DNA of 64,000 nucleotides from a candidate division FCPU426 bacterium (lineage in GTDB: Bacteria; Oederibacteriota; PGYV01; Palsa-1178). Made by a program: the position numbers and the translations under genes. Shown one piece after another: positions 39,073 to 50,335 of this stretch (positions within the stretch are counted from its first letter, which is position 1; every line of letters starts with the position of its first letter). Location of the stretch: the NCBI GenBank assembly GCA_963840035.1, contig CAWIXE010000002.1, forward strand, positions 224,001 to 288,000, in the 5' to 3' direction. A model generated the notes under the pieces. The model did no database searches. It saw nothing but the letters and a program-made list of their open reading frames with translations, and was not told the DNA's origin.

Positions 39073-41047
39073 CATCAGGGATATGTTCTTCACCGCCATA
39101 ATAATCCAGCTTCTGGCCGTTCTCGGCCCGGCTTTCATACGCTCCCAGGAAAAAGCTTCCGCGTTCGCGCACATCACGCTGGTAACGGGGCTTGCCCTTG
39201 GTTTTATCTCATCGCTGCTGGCGGTATTCTCGCCTTTGCAGGCGGCATCGCAGCTCAGCGTTTTCGGCCTTCCCCCGGAATATTTCAGGTTTGACCCGCT
39301 TGCGCTGTATTTTCTGTGCGTTATCCAGGCGGTGGCCATACCCACGGCCATATTCAGTTTTTCCTACCTGAAGCATTACATACAAAACGGGCGGCCGGTT
39401 AAAAGCCTGCTTGTCTTTTTTACCGGGATGATTATCTGCACGCAGATGGTGGTCACCATAAACCACAGCATAATATTCCTGGTATTCTGGGAAGCCACTT
39501 CCATGTCGGCTTATCTGGGCATGATATTTGAAAAGGAAAAAAAAGAGGTGCAGAAGGGCAGCTTCTACTACTTTGTCATGAACCATGTGGTCATATTCCT
39601 TCTGTACATATTCTTCTTCATCCTGCACGGCCAGACAGGCAGCTGGCTTTTAAGCGACTTCCGGCTGGCGCACGCCGACGCGAAACTTACCGCGCTTTTA
39701 TATATCCTCGCTTTGATGGCCTTCGGCATGAAAGCCGGGTTCATGCCTTTCCATTTCTGGCTGCCGCGCGCGCACCCCATCGCGCCTTCCACGATAAGCG
39801 CTTTTTTATCCGGTATCATCATAAAGATGGGGATATACGGCATGTTCAGGGCATTCCAGTTCTTAAGCCCGGCGCCGCTGTGGATAGGCTGGCTTGTGCT
39901 TGGCGTAAGCATGGTGACGGCCATATTCGGCGTATGGTACGCGCTGGCCCAGCATGACATAAAAAAACTGCTCGCTTACCATTCCGTTGAAAACATAGGC
40001 ATCATAGGCATAGGCATGGGCATAGGCTTCATAGGTTCGGCGTATGGCAATATCCCCATGCAGCTGCTGGGTTTCGGCGGGGCGCTACTGCATGTTTTGA
40101 ACCACGCCGTATTCAAAAGCCTGCTCTTCATGGGAAGCGGCGTCATAAATAACAACCTCGGGACGCGCGACATAGAACAGATGGGCGGGCTGGTGCACCG
40201 CGCGGGTTTCTTTGTGTTCCTGTTCCTCACAGGCTCGGTGGCCATATGCGGCATACCCCCGTTAAACGGCTTCATATCGGAATTCATCGTCTTTAAAAGT
40301 TTCTTTGTCGCGGCCAGGGAGTTAAAGGAATATTACCCGCTTTTCATGCTGGTCTCGGCAGTGGGCCTTGCTTTTGTAGGCGGCCTGGCTGTGGCGTGTT
40401 TTACCAAGATAAACGCGGTCATGTTCCTGGGCGCGCCGCGCGGCGTTGACAGGCCTTTTCATGTGAGCGTTTATGACTATGTTTCACTGGGGCTGCTGGC
40501 CTGCATCTGCGCGGCCATAGGGTTTTATCCGGCGCCCTTCATAAACGCCGTCAATAACGTGGTATATTCCATAGTGCCGGATTCCGCCGGCGGGCTCGAA
40601 CTGCTTGCCATAGACTGGGCCTATATCTCGGGCATATTCGCGCTGTTTATGCTGCTTGTCCTGGGGGCGTACTTTTTAAAGCGCGCAATTCAAAAAAAAT
40701 ACGGCAAAAGGGAAGCTGACGCGTGGGGCTGCGGTTATGACAGGCTTAATTCCAGGATGCAGTACACGGCCTCGTCTTTCGCGGACCAGATAAACGACAT
40801 AGCGCGGGCGCCGCTTGGCTACCATAAAAAAGGCAGGGCCGGCGAGGAAATAGTCCCGCCTCAGGCGTCCTTTGAGAGCCACTCTACCGACCTTGTGGAC
40901 GGCAGGGTCATAGCGCCCGGCTTCAGGACATTAAGCGGCTTCATATCCAGGATAAAACTTCCGGGAAATACGGACATACGTTATTACGTGGCATACATCT
41001 TAATCATGATAATAGTTTATTCCGTGGCGGGTTTCCTATGGCGCTGA
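39065..41047 (+). CDS. Ehr/Hyf antiporter-like subunit (HyfB-like), operon 1
   Basis: KAGFMPFHFWLPRAHP, LLAYHSVENIG, PPLNGFISE, WGCGY. Confidence 0.92.
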   Translation: MLSIRDMFFTAIIIQLLAVLGPAFIRSQEKASAFAHITLVTGLALGFISSLLAVFSPLQAASQLSVFGLPPEYFRFDPLALYFLCVIQAVAIPTAIFSFSYLKHYIQNGRPVKSLLVFFTGMIICTQMVVTINHSIIFLVFWEATSMSAYLGMIFEKEKKEVQKGSFYYFVMNHVVIFLLYIFFFILHGQTGSWLLSDFRLAHADAKLTALLYILALMAFGMKAGFMPFHFWLPRAHPIAPSTISAFLSGIIIKMGIYGMFRAFQFLSPAPLWIGWLVLGVSMVTAIFGVWYALAQHDIKKLLAYHSVENIGIIGIGMGIGFIGSAYGNIPMQLLGFGGALLHVLNHAVFKSLLFMGSGVINNNLGTRDIEQMGGLVHRAGFFVFLFLTGSVAICGIPPLNGFISEFIVFKSFFVAARELKEYYPLFMLVSAVGLAFVGGLAVACFTKINAVMFLGAPRGVDRPFHVSVYDYVSLGLLACICAAIGFYPAPFINAVNNVVYSIVPDSAGGLELLAIDWAYISGIFALFMLLVLGAYFLKRAIQKKYGKREADAWGCGYDRLNSRMQYTASSFADQINDIARAPLGYHKKGRAGEEIVPPQASFESHSTDLVDGRVIAPGFRTLSGFISRIKLPGNTDIRYYVAYILIMIIVYSVAGFLWR

Positions 41048-41964
41048 TGAGCATGCTTCAGGGCGCGGCTTCGCTTTTATTCATGCTGCTGGCGGCGCCG
41101 CTCATAGCGGGGCTGGTGAACAAGCAGAAAGCCTGGTTTACCGGCCGCGTGGGAGCGTCCGTATGGCAGCCATATTTTGAGCTATACAGGATATTCCGCA
41201 AGGAAACCATCAGGGCAAGGTCGGCTTCATTCATAAGCGGGCTCTCGCCCGTTGTAAACCTCGCCGCTGTCATTGTCGCCGCGGCCATGCTGCCCGTTTG
41301 CAATGCCCAGCCGCTAATCAGCTTCAAGGGCGACATCATACTTTTCGCGTACATACTCGGCACAGCCAGGTTCTTCCAGATACTCGCGGCCATGGACATA
41401 GGAAGTTCCTTTGAGGGCATGGGCGCTTCAAGGGAAGCCTCTTTCGCGGTCTTTGTGGAGCCCATATTTTTCTTCACGCTCGGCTCGATAGCTTTCATCA
41501 CGGGCTTCACCTCGTTAAACGACATATACCGCTCCATCGAGCTGGATAAGGCGTCATTCATCATCTTTATCGTGGTCTGTTCCATATCGTTTTTCATACT
41601 CGCGGTCACGGAGTGCTCGCGCATGCCGGTGGATGACCCGAACACGCACCTGGAACTTACCATGATACACGAGGTCATGATACTCGATAACTCGGGGATA
41701 GACCTTTTCCTGTACCAGTATTCGGGCTACATAAAACTGCTCATTTACATGGTGCTGGAGACGGCGTTTTACAACCCGCTGGGAGCCGGGCTCACCGCCG
41801 CCGGCATCAGCATATTCGCGGCGAACCTGCTGGCATTCACCACGGTGCTGGCCGTCGTGGAGACCCTGACAAGCCGCTTCAAGCTAAAGGACATACCGCA
41901 TTACCTGCTTTTTGCGGCAGCCATAGGAATATTAAATCTGCTTATATTTACATTTCATAAGTGA
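41038..41964 (+). CDS. Ehr/Hyf NuoH-like subunit (HyfC-like), operon 1
   Basis: GSSFEGMGASRE, RMPVDDPNTHLELTMIHE. Confidence 0.92.
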   Translation: MALMSMLQGAASLLFMLLAAPLIAGLVNKQKAWFTGRVGASVWQPYFELYRIFRKETIRARSASFISGLSPVVNLAAVIVAAAMLPVCNAQPLISFKGDIILFAYILGTARFFQILAAMDIGSSFEGMGASREASFAVFVEPIFFFTLGSIAFITGFTSLNDIYRSIELDKASFIIFIVVCSISFFILAVTECSRMPVDDPNTHLELTMIHEVMILDNSGIDLFLYQYSGYIKLLIYMVLETAFYNPLGAGLTAAGISIFAANLLAFTTVLAVVETLTSRFKLKDIPHYLLFAAAIGILNLLIFTFHK

Positions 41965-41974
41965 GGCGTTAATA

Positions 41975-42607
41975 ATGGAAAATGTGCTGAGTATCCTGTT
42001 TTGCCTGTCTTTGCTTTACCTGGCTTTGACGGCCAGGGTCAAAGACTGCGTGAATGTGCTCCAGGTGCAGGGGATAATACTCGCAATCATAACCTCACTG
42101 CCGCTTTTCCAGCATTTTAACCCGGCGGAACTCATACTGCCGTCGGCTTTGCTCGTGGTAAAGGGCATACTCGTGCCCACATATATAAGGAAGATAATAA
42201 CCGACCTGGACATCAAGGACCCCATAGAGCCGACCATACAGCAGTTTACCTTTATTATGCTGGTCATATCGCTTATGTCCGCGGTATTTGTGGCGGCGAG
42301 CATCCTCTCTAAGAGCACGGACATAAACATCATACCTTTTGCCGGAGGCTTCTCCGCCATAATCACGGGCATACTTGTCATAATCTTCAGGAGGAAACTG
42401 CTTGTGCATGTCATGGGGTTTCTGACGCTGGAAAACGGCATATTCCTTTTCGGCTCGTCGATTGCTTTCAAGCTGCCGGTCATAGTGGAGCTGGGCATGC
42501 TGCTTGATATCTTTGTCGTGGTATTCTTAATGGGCATAGCTTTGAACAGGATATCGACGACCCTGTCGGGTTTTGAAGCGGCCGCGCTCAGGAGGCTAAA
42601 AGACTGA
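41975..42607 (+). CDS. HyfE-like membrane subunit, operon 1
   Basis: GFLTLENGIF, VELGMLLD. Confidence 0.88.
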   Translation: MENVLSILFCLSLLYLALTARVKDCVNVLQVQGIILAIITSLPLFQHFNPAELILPSALLVVKGILVPTYIRKIITDLDIKDPIEPTIQQFTFIMLVISLMSAVFVAASILSKSTDINIIPFAGGFSAIITGILVIIFRRKLLVHVMGFLTLENGIFLFGSSIAFKLPVIVELGMLLDIFVVVFLMGIALNRISTTLSGFEAAALRRLKD

Positions 42608-44052
42608 TGGTTATCATACTCGCTTTAACGGGATTCATACTGCTGACATCGGCGGCGTGCTGGTTTGTTAAAAGCATTAAAGCCCAGTACTTCATGACCC
42701 TGGCCGCGGCCGCGGCGCATTTGATATTTTCTTTCACCCTCTTCGCGGGAATATACTCGCCGCAGCAGCATTTTTTAAGCACGGACGCCTTAAGCAGGCT
42801 TTTCCTCATGGTGGTCTCAAACGTCTACTTCTGGGTGGTGCTGGTGTCATATCAGTACTTAAAGCAGTCCACGGCGAAGGGGACCGGAAAGAAATATTAT
42901 TTCGTATTCCTGAATTTATACCTGCTGGCCAACAGCGCGGCCATACTCAGCAATAATTTCGCCATGTACTGGGTGGTCTCCGAGGCCACAACGCTCTCCG
43001 TGGCGCCGCTTATATACTACCTGCGCAATGAAGAGGCGCTGGAAGCCATGTGGAAATACCTGTTCCTGGTATCGGTCGGCATCGCCGCGGTTTTCATAGG
43101 CATCCTCTTTGTGGCCATGTCGGCCAACGGCACGCCGCTGGAAGGAAAGCAGCTTATATTCTCCGACTTCATAAAGAACGCGGCGCTGCTCAACCCGGTG
43201 TGGCTCAAAGCCGGATTCATATTTATTTTTGTGGGCATGTCGACCAAGATAGGCATCGCGCCCATGCACTCGGCAGATGTCGACGCCACAAGCACTTCGC
43301 CGGGGCCCATAGCCGCGCTCATGTCAGGGTCATTGCGTGTGACCGCGCTTGTGGGCCTGATGAGGATATTTCAGATAGTCAGGTGGACATCCGTTTATGA
43401 GTTCGCGCGGTTCATCATGATAATAGGCGGGCTGCTCTCCATATTCACCGCCTTTGTCTTCATATTCAGGGTGAAAAATTATAAAAGGCTTTTTGCCTAT
43501 TCCAGCGTGGAGCACCTGGGGCTCATCGTGCTCGGCGTGGCCACGGGAGGCCTGGCATTTGCGGGCGCCATGTACCACATCATTTACAATTCACTCAACA
43601 AGGTTGTCATATTCCTGTGCGCGGGCTCCATAAACCAGAAATACTCCACGACCGACTCTGAAAACGTAAGTTCTCTGCTTGAGAATATGCCCTGGACCGG
43701 CTGGATATTCATGTTCTCGTTTTTGGCCATATCCGCGGTCCCGCCTTTCGGGATATTTTTCAGCGAACTTAAGATATTTGAAGGCATGTTATTTTCAGAC
43801 AGGCCATGGGTGCTTTTTACGGTGCTCTTCCTCATGCTCTTTATTTTCATAAACATGGGACATCTGGTATTGCAGATGCTTTATAAAAAGGACGAGAATT
43901 CAAAAGTGGAGAAAGAGCCGGAAAAGCTGAACATAACCCACGCGGCCTCACTGATACTGCTGATAATGCTCATAGCGCTGGCATTATTCACCCCGGAAGC
44001 TGTGAAGTCTTCCGTGATGGAGATAGCCAGGGATTTTGGGGCCGCGTCATGA
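42607..44052 (+). CDS. HyfF-like antiporter subunit, operon 1
   Basis: EATTL, ALEAMWKY, TKIGIAPMH, KRLFAYSSVEH. Confidence 0.9.
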   Translation: MVIILALTGFILLTSAACWFVKSIKAQYFMTLAAAAAHLIFSFTLFAGIYSPQQHFLSTDALSRLFLMVVSNVYFWVVLVSYQYLKQSTAKGTGKKYYFVFLNLYLLANSAAILSNNFAMYWVVSEATTLSVAPLIYYLRNEEALEAMWKYLFLVSVGIAAVFIGILFVAMSANGTPLEGKQLIFSDFIKNAALLNPVWLKAGFIFIFVGMSTKIGIAPMHSADVDATSTSPGPIAALMSGSLRVTALVGLMRIFQIVRWTSVYEFARFIMIIGGLLSIFTAFVFIFRVKNYKRLFAYSSVEHLGLIVLGVATGGLAFAGAMYHIIYNSLNKVVIFLCAGSINQKYSTTDSENVSSLLENMPWTGWIFMFSFLAISAVPPFGIFFSELKIFEGMLFSDRPWVLFTVLFLMLFIFINMGHLVLQMLYKKDENSKVEKEPEKLNITHAASLILLIMLIALALFTPEAVKSSVMEIARDFGAAS

Positions 44053-45527
44053 CCATGCATAAAACAGCCAATGGGCAGGCGTTCCTGCTTGGGGATGTGC
44101 CGGTTTTAAATAAAGGGGAATTTTTCGCGTCCATACGCGCGGGGCTGAAAAAATCCATGAGAATCATCGCGCTTTTCCCGCAAAACAGCGCTGATAAAAA
44201 CAGGCTCATGTGCGTGCTCTCGGACCACGCAACATCTTCGTTAAATGTCCTCTCCTGCAACTTTGACGGGGAAAAACCATCGTTTGAGAGCATGGCAGGG
44301 GATTTTCCGCAGACCGCCGGGGTCGAGTGCGAACTTGCGGAAGAGCACGGATATGAAATACTGAATCAGCCGTGGCCACGTCCGGTCAGGAAGCAGGGCG
44401 TGCTGCCCGGCGGCAAACCGTATGAGCTTTATAAGCTCGCGGGCGAAGAAGTGCACGAAGTGGCGGTGGGGCCCATACACGCGGGCGTGATAGAGCCCGG
44501 GCATTTCAGGTTCCAGTGCCACGGCGAATATGTATTTAACCTTGAGATAAACCTGGGCTACCAGCGCAGGGGCGTCGAAGAAATGATCATAAGATCCGGC
44601 CTAAATAAGGGGATTATCCTTTCAGAGTCAGCGGCTGGCGATACGGTTATGGGCCACGCTCTGGCGCATGTGAGGGCCATGGAAAGTTTGTCGGGCGCGA
44701 ACGTTTCATTAAGGGCGCAGGTAATAAGGGCCATGGCCGAGGAACTCGAGCGCGTTGCCATGCATCTGTCGGGGTTGGGCGGCGTGGCCAATGACGTGGG
44801 TTTCTCCATGGTCGCCTCGTCATACGGCAGGATAAGGACCCTGATGATAAATTCGCTTGCCGCGCTTTCCGGTTCGAGGTTCGGAAGGGGGCTGCTGGCG
44901 TACGGCGGCGTGAATTACGACCTCAATGAGGAAGCCGCCAATTACATATTAAGGAACATAGAAACGGTCAGCAGGGATGTCATGGCCATAAATAAATGCC
45001 TCTTCTCCTCGTCGGGAGCCATGCTGAGGTTTGAAAAAACCGGCATTGTGGCTAAAAAACAGGCCAGGGAACTTGCCTTCACAGGGACCACGGCAAGGTC
45101 CTGCGGCATAGAAATGGACACAAGGTCTGACTTCCCGTACGGCGCTTACAAATATTTTCCCATAACGCCGATGACCATGGCTGAAGGCGATGTCTTTGCC
45201 AGGGCAAAGCTCCGGGCCATGGAAATAGAGGAATCATTAAGGTTCATCTTTGAACAATTAGAGAACCTGCCCGCGGGCGAATTGGCGGCGGAATACGGGA
45301 AGCCTGCCGCAAACAGCGCGGTAATATCGCTCACAGAAGGCTGGAGAGGCGAGATAGCGCACATCGCCGTGACGGACGCGAAAGGCAAGCTCGCGGCGTA
45401 TAAGATAAAGGACCCGTCATTTAACAACTGGTACGCATTAAGCCTGGCGGTCAGGAACGCGGCAATCTCGGATTTCCCGCTGTGCAACAAAAGCTTTGAC
45501 CTGTCATACGCGGGCCACGATTTGTAG
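44049..45527 (+). CDS. Ehr large subunit (NuoC/D-HyfG-like) lacking Ni-binding CxxC motifs, operon 1
   Basis: VGPIHAGVIEPGHFRF; ESAAGDTVMGH replaces RxCGxC; ends DFPLCNKSFDLSYAGHDL with no DPCxxC. Confidence 0.92.
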   Translation: MTMHKTANGQAFLLGDVPVLNKGEFFASIRAGLKKSMRIIALFPQNSADKNRLMCVLSDHATSSLNVLSCNFDGEKPSFESMAGDFPQTAGVECELAEEHGYEILNQPWPRPVRKQGVLPGGKPYELYKLAGEEVHEVAVGPIHAGVIEPGHFRFQCHGEYVFNLEINLGYQRRGVEEMIIRSGLNKGIILSESAAGDTVMGHALAHVRAMESLSGANVSLRAQVIRAMAEELERVAMHLSGLGGVANDVGFSMVASSYGRIRTLMINSLAALSGSRFGRGLLAYGGVNYDLNEEAANYILRNIETVSRDVMAINKCLFSSSGAMLRFEKTGIVAKKQARELAFTGTTARSCGIEMDTRSDFPYGAYKYFPITPMTMAEGDVFARAKLRAMEIEESLRFIFEQLENLPAGELAAEYGKPAANSAVISLTEGWRGEIAHIAVTDAKGKLAAYKIKDPSFNNWYALSLAVRNAAISDFPLCNKSFDLSYAGHDL

Positions 45528-45641
45528 TCCGGCGAAGGGTTACTGCTATTTTGATATTGATTTTTGTAGAGAGTGAGTTTGCTCCCTCTCGCATTTGAAC
45601 TTCGCTATTAACGGACACGGAAGTACGAAAAACGGAGGAAC

Positions 45642-46399
45642 ATGACATTTTTAGAGGCAATTAAACTCAGGATACTACAGGGAGACCCGATAGTGCACGA
45701 CGTGAAAAACGCCGCGCTGCCGCCGCGTTTCCGCGCATGCCCTGTTATCTCTGAGGCAGCCTGTGAAAAAGGCTGCGGTAAATGCGCCCAGGTGTGCCCG
45801 GTAGGGGCTATCACGCTGGATCCGCTTAGAATTGACCTGGGCAAATGCGTTTTCTGTCCGGCTTGCGAATTGGCCTGTCCGCAAAAATCCATAACCTTCA
45901 GCAAAAATTACCGCATCGCGGCGTCAAAAAGGGAAGACCTTATAATAAGCTCCGCTGCCAGGGCAATCACCCCTGAAAAGGCATCCAAAAAGATAAAGGA
46001 CTACTTCGGCCGCTCGCTGAAATTAAGGCAGGTTTCAGCCGGAGGCTGCAACGGGTGCGAACTCGAGCTTAACGCGCTCAATAATGTCAATTTTGACATG
46101 GGAAGGTACGGCATTGAATTCACCGCTTCCCCCAGGCACGCTGACGGGATTGTGATAACAGGCCCTGTAACAAAGAACATGGAAAAAGCGCTGAGGATCT
46201 GCTTCGAGGCTGTCCCGAACCCGAAAGTGGTTGTCTTAACCGGAAGCTGCGCCATATCAGGCGGAATATTTCAGGAGTCAAAGGAAATAGACAGGAAATT
46301 CCTGGAAGAAACAAACATAGACCTCTTCATCCCGGGCTGCCCCCGCATCCGCTGACGTTTATCAGCGGCATGCTTGATTATTTTGACAGAAAAGCATGA
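45642..46399 (+). CDS. Ehr small subunit (2x[4Fe-4S] ferredoxin plus NuoB-like), operon 1; -1 frameshift near 46340
   Basis: CGKCAQVCP, CVFCPACELACP, GGCNGCE, SPRHADG, GSCA; adding one C to TGCCCCCGCAT gives PGCPPHPLTFISGMLDYFDRKA* ending at 46399. Confidence 0.9.
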
Positions 46400-46478
46400 C
46401 CCCGGCCGGCGGACCCGGCGTTCTGGATTTTTTTCCGATACTGTCATTAATTGTGTGTAAATTGATTTGTTCTTTTTT

Positions 46479-46565
46479 CCCTCTCCCATTTGGGAGAGGG
46501 TAGGGTGAGGGGAATAAGACAATTGGTTTCACCTCACCCCAGCCCCTCTCCTAAGAGGAGAGGGG
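46479..46565. repeat. CCCTCTCC...GGAGAGGG palindromic repeat pair
   Basis: Forward 46479..46512, reverse 46530..46565. Confidence 0.85.
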
Positions 46566-46654
46566 AGAAAGCCGTTTATAATGAAAACAAAGATGTTTAA
46601 CGGCCAAAATGAATTTGCACACTATTATATACATTATCTTTTTTTCCGCTGATA

Positions 46655-46683
46655 TTGACAAAATAACATTGATGTTATATTAT
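46655..46683 (+). promoter_or_regulatory. Sigma70 promoter of Ehr operon 2 with a palindrome in the spacer
   Basis: TTGACA-17 bp-TATTAT; ATAACAT-TG-ATGTTAT at 46663..46678. Confidence 0.75.
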
Positions 46684-46750
46684 AATCCACATGCACGAGC
46701 GGTTTTTTTGCCGCCTACAAATATCTGACAAAAAAGGCTGACTAAAATTC

Positions 46751-47431
46751 ATGGAACTCAAAATGAAAGATGTAATGGATATTTTTGAACTGCCCGAAAA
46801 AGAAATCGTAAGGTTCATAAAATCCAAAGCCCTGCCTGTACACACGATTAACCACCAGGACCTGTTCAATAAGGAAGAGGTGAAGGTGTGGGCGATAAAA
46901 AACAACATACCCCTGTCTGAAAAAATCCTTTCTTTAGCCGGTTCCGATATTCCGGTAAGCCTGTCCGGCCTTATCAACAGAGGCGGAATCATTTACAATA
47001 TCCCGGGGAATAATACTGTGGAATTGTTAACCGGCGCCGTGAACCGGATGAAGCTTCCTTCTGAGGTAAATAAGACCGATGTACTGGCGTCCCTTATAGA
47101 ACGCGAAGAAATGATGCCCACAGGAGTGGGCCGGGGCATCGCGATACCGCACCCGCGTAACCCCATAATCGCGGATGTGGACCATGAATCCATAACTGTT
47201 TGCTCGCTGGCTTCGCCTGTGGATTACGGGTCTGTTGACGGAAAACCCGTGCATACCCTCTTTATAATACTCAGCGCCAATGCCAAGCGGCACCTGGAGA
47301 TACTCTCAAAACTCCTTTTTCTCTGCCAGCAGGCTGATTTTGTGAAAATGCTCTCAGTGGCCGCGCCCGTGGCGGCGGTCATGGATTATATCATCTCGGC
47401 AGAGGCTAAAATGCCGGTGCGCGGAAGATGA
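46751..47431 (+). CDS. HTH - PTS EIIA(Fru/Ntr) fusion, copy 2
   Basis: ALPVHTI...FNKEEVKVW; REEMMPTGVGRGIAIPHPR; HLEILSKL. Confidence 0.9.
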   Translation: MELKMKDVMDIFELPEKEIVRFIKSKALPVHTINHQDLFNKEEVKVWAIKNNIPLSEKILSLAGSDIPVSLSGLINRGGIIYNIPGNNTVELLTGAVNRMKLPSEVNKTDVLASLIEREEMMPTGVGRGIAIPHPRNPIIADVDHESITVCSLASPVDYGSVDGKPVHTLFIILSANAKRHLEILSKLLFLCQQADFVKMLSVAAPVAAVMDYIISAEAKMPVRGR

Positions 47432-49415
47432 ACTTACTCTTCCTCGGGGTGATGGCCATCCTTGGGGGGGAGCACTGTCACTGGGGGTTTCTGAAAAACA
47501 TAAATCATCCGTTGTAATCCTGTGTACCGCGCTCGGGTCCGCCCTGACTGCGTTCTTCTCGCTTAAAATCCTTGTTACCGGCATTGCCCGGGAAAGCATA
47601 GTATCCTTCAGCGCGCCCATAGGCGCGGCGGTGTTTCGGGCCGACGCTTTATCGGCGTTTTTTATCCTCATGATATCGGTAATGGGATTTTTGACAACCG
47701 TATACGCGAAAGGGTACATGTCCGCTTACCTGGGTCAGGGGCGCGCTTTCGGGGCGCATTTCTTTTTCCTTCCCGTGCTTATTGTCTCCATGATGATGGT
47801 CGCCGTATCCTCGCATGTAATAATATTCCTAATCATGTGGGAGATCATGTCCTTATCATCCTTCTTTTTGATGACATTTGAGAATGAGAAAAAGGAAGTG
47901 CTGGATGCGGGTGTTTACTACATAACGGCCATGCACGTATGCGTGGCCTTTTTAACCGCCGGTTTTGCCGTGCTTTCCTCAATGTCGGGCAGTTTTGATT
48001 TTGCCTCCTTTAAAACCGCGCTCGCAGCCGCCCGGCCCGCGGCAGGCATGGGTATTTTCGCGGTTCTTTTTACCGGGTTTGCCATAAAGGCGGGGCTTAT
48101 GCCTTTTCATACCTGGCTGCCGCTCGCGCATCCGGCGGCGCCCAGTCACGTATCGGCATTGATGTCGGGTGTCATGATAAAACTCGGGATATACGGCATA
48201 CTCAGGCTTATCACGTTTTACGCGAAAATCGGTTCCGGGATATCCTTTGCCATACTGGCCCTGGGCCTTGTGACGGGGCTGCTCGGAATATATTTTGCCA
48301 TGGCCCAGCGGGACATAAAAAGGCTGCTGGCTTATTCATCGATTGAAAATATCGGAATCATGACGACCGGCATCGGACTCGGCCTTTTAGGGCTTAGCAC
48401 CGGGAATAATTACATGGCTTACTTCGGGTTCGCGGGCGCTTTGCTCCACGCGCTGAACCATTCCTTATTCAAGGAACTCCTGTTCTTCGGGGCGGGGAGC
48501 GTTTACATGAAGGCGCACACGCGCGACATGGAGCACCTGGGAGGGCTTTCAAAGAGCATGCCATATACAGCCGGGTTCTTTTTTGCCGGGGCCGTTGCCA
48601 TCTCCGCGCTGCCGCCTTTAAACGGGTTTGTAGGCGAACTCATGCTTTATCTTTCCATGTTCTCAGGCATATCGCTCCGGTTAATGCCGGTTGTCGTGTC
48701 AGGGGTTTTGTCCCTGGCAGGCCTGAGTTTTATCGGCGCCATGGCCGTGGTGGTTTTTACCAAGACATACAGCGTGGTTTTCTCAGGAAACCCGCGCAAT
48801 GACAGCATACGCGTAAAACCCGGGGAAAACATTTACATGGTTTTATCCATGGGGGCGGCGGTATTTTTCTGCGTCGTCATCGGGATATTCCCGCAGTATT
48901 TTTTCCGGCTTGCGGCAGCGCCCGCAGGGTATATTATGGCCGCGGCAACCGCGGCTGTCCCGGATATCGGGCCGTTCTTAAACACTTTACGCAGCCTCTC
49001 AGTGCTGTTCATATCGGCCATTATTGCCGTATTTGCCTTATACCTTATAAAAAAAGCCGCGCTAAAGGGCAAAACCGCATCGGGGGATACGTGGGGCTGC
49101 GGGTATCAGGCGCCTTCCCCCAGGATACAGTACACTGCTTCGTCATTTGCCTCGGTTTTTTTAATGCCCAAAGGGCCGCTGATTAAAATAGAAGAGGATA
49201 CCGCTCAGACCGAAGGGCTCTTCCCGAAAAAGGCCTCATACATATCAAAGGCCCGCGACATCATTGCGGCGATGACTGTCAAACCGGCGATTAAGGCCGT
49301 CAGCTTTGTCATGAGGGGATTTTCATGGATACAAAGCGGCAACACCCAGCAGTACATACTATACGGGCTTGTCTTTCTGATAATAGCCATAGTATGGGCA
49401 ATGGGGGCTGTGTGA
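47428..49415 (+). CDS. HyfB-like subunit, operon 2; frameshift in a G7 run at 47464..47470
   Basis: ATG overlaps the EIIA stop (ATGA); one extra G joins MNLLFLGVMAILGG to GALSLGVSEKHK... and to ORF 47631..49415; KAGLMPFHTWLPLAHP. Confidence 0.9.
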
Positions 49416-50335
49416 TGGCCATTATAGCGAATGTTATTTTCATACTCATCATGCCGTTCCTTTTTATAGGCGTCATAAACCGCGTAAAGTCTTTCTGGGC
49501 GGGCAGGCAGGGGCCTTCCCTCGTCCAGCCGTTTTTTGATTTTTTCAGGCTTCTTAAAAAAGGCGCTGTCATAAGCAAAACAACCACGGCGCTTTTTTAC
49601 TGGGCACCTTTGTCCGCTTTCGCCGCCGTTCTCGCCGCGGCAGTCATCACACCCATGGCGGGAGGCATCCCCATCCTGGGTTTCCAGGGGGACATGATAG
49701 TATTCATATACCTGCTCGGTTTTTCCAAGTTCATCAATATCGCCTCGGCCATGGAAACAGGCTCCAGTTTTGAAGGCATGGGCGCGGCGCGCGAGGCTGC
49801 TTTTACATCGCTGGTTGAGCCCGCGTTTTTCATCATCATGGGGGCGGCAGCCGCGGCTTCGGGCGTGACGGATTTTTCCGGGGTAAAGGCCATGTTTGTG
49901 AGCCATGAGCCCGCGGGAGTGCTTGCGGCTTGTTTATGCGCCCTGGCGCTTTTCATAATCCTGCTTACGGAAGGTTCCCGCGTGCCTGTTGATGACCCGA
50001 ATACCCACCTGGAACTGACCATGATACATGAGGTGATGGTGCTGGATAACTCCGGGCCGGACCTCGCAGTCATTAACTATACCGCGGGCCTTAAAATGTT
50101 TGTAATCGCATCCGTGCTTGCGAGTTTTCTTGCGCCGGCAGGGCTTAACCCGGCCGTTGCCGGGCTGCTCTTCGCCGGGATAATATTCGCCTGCGCCGTT
50201 ATCGCCGGGTGCGTGGAGTCGCTGATGGCGCGCTTACGGATGTCGCATGTGCCGCAGTTTGTATTCTTCGCCATATCGATAGCGGTCGTGGCTTTTTCCA
50301 TCGTGCTGCTGAAAATCAACGGGGGTCTAAAATGA
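49415..50335 (+). CDS. HyfC-like (NuoH-like) subunit, operon 2
   Basis: GRQGPSLVQPF, GSSFEGMGAARE, RVPVDDPNTHLELTMIHE; TGATG coupling. Confidence 0.92.
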   Translation: MAIIANVIFILIMPFLFIGVINRVKSFWAGRQGPSLVQPFFDFFRLLKKGAVISKTTTALFYWAPLSAFAAVLAAAVITPMAGGIPILGFQGDMIVFIYLLGFSKFINIASAMETGSSFEGMGAAREAAFTSLVEPAFFIIMGAAAAASGVTDFSGVKAMFVSHEPAGVLAACLCALALFIILLTEGSRVPVDDPNTHLELTMIHEVMVLDNSGPDLAVINYTAGLKMFVIASVLASFLAPAGLNPAVAGLLFAGIIFACAVIAGCVESLMARLRMSHVPQFVFFAISIAVVAFSIVLLKINGGLK

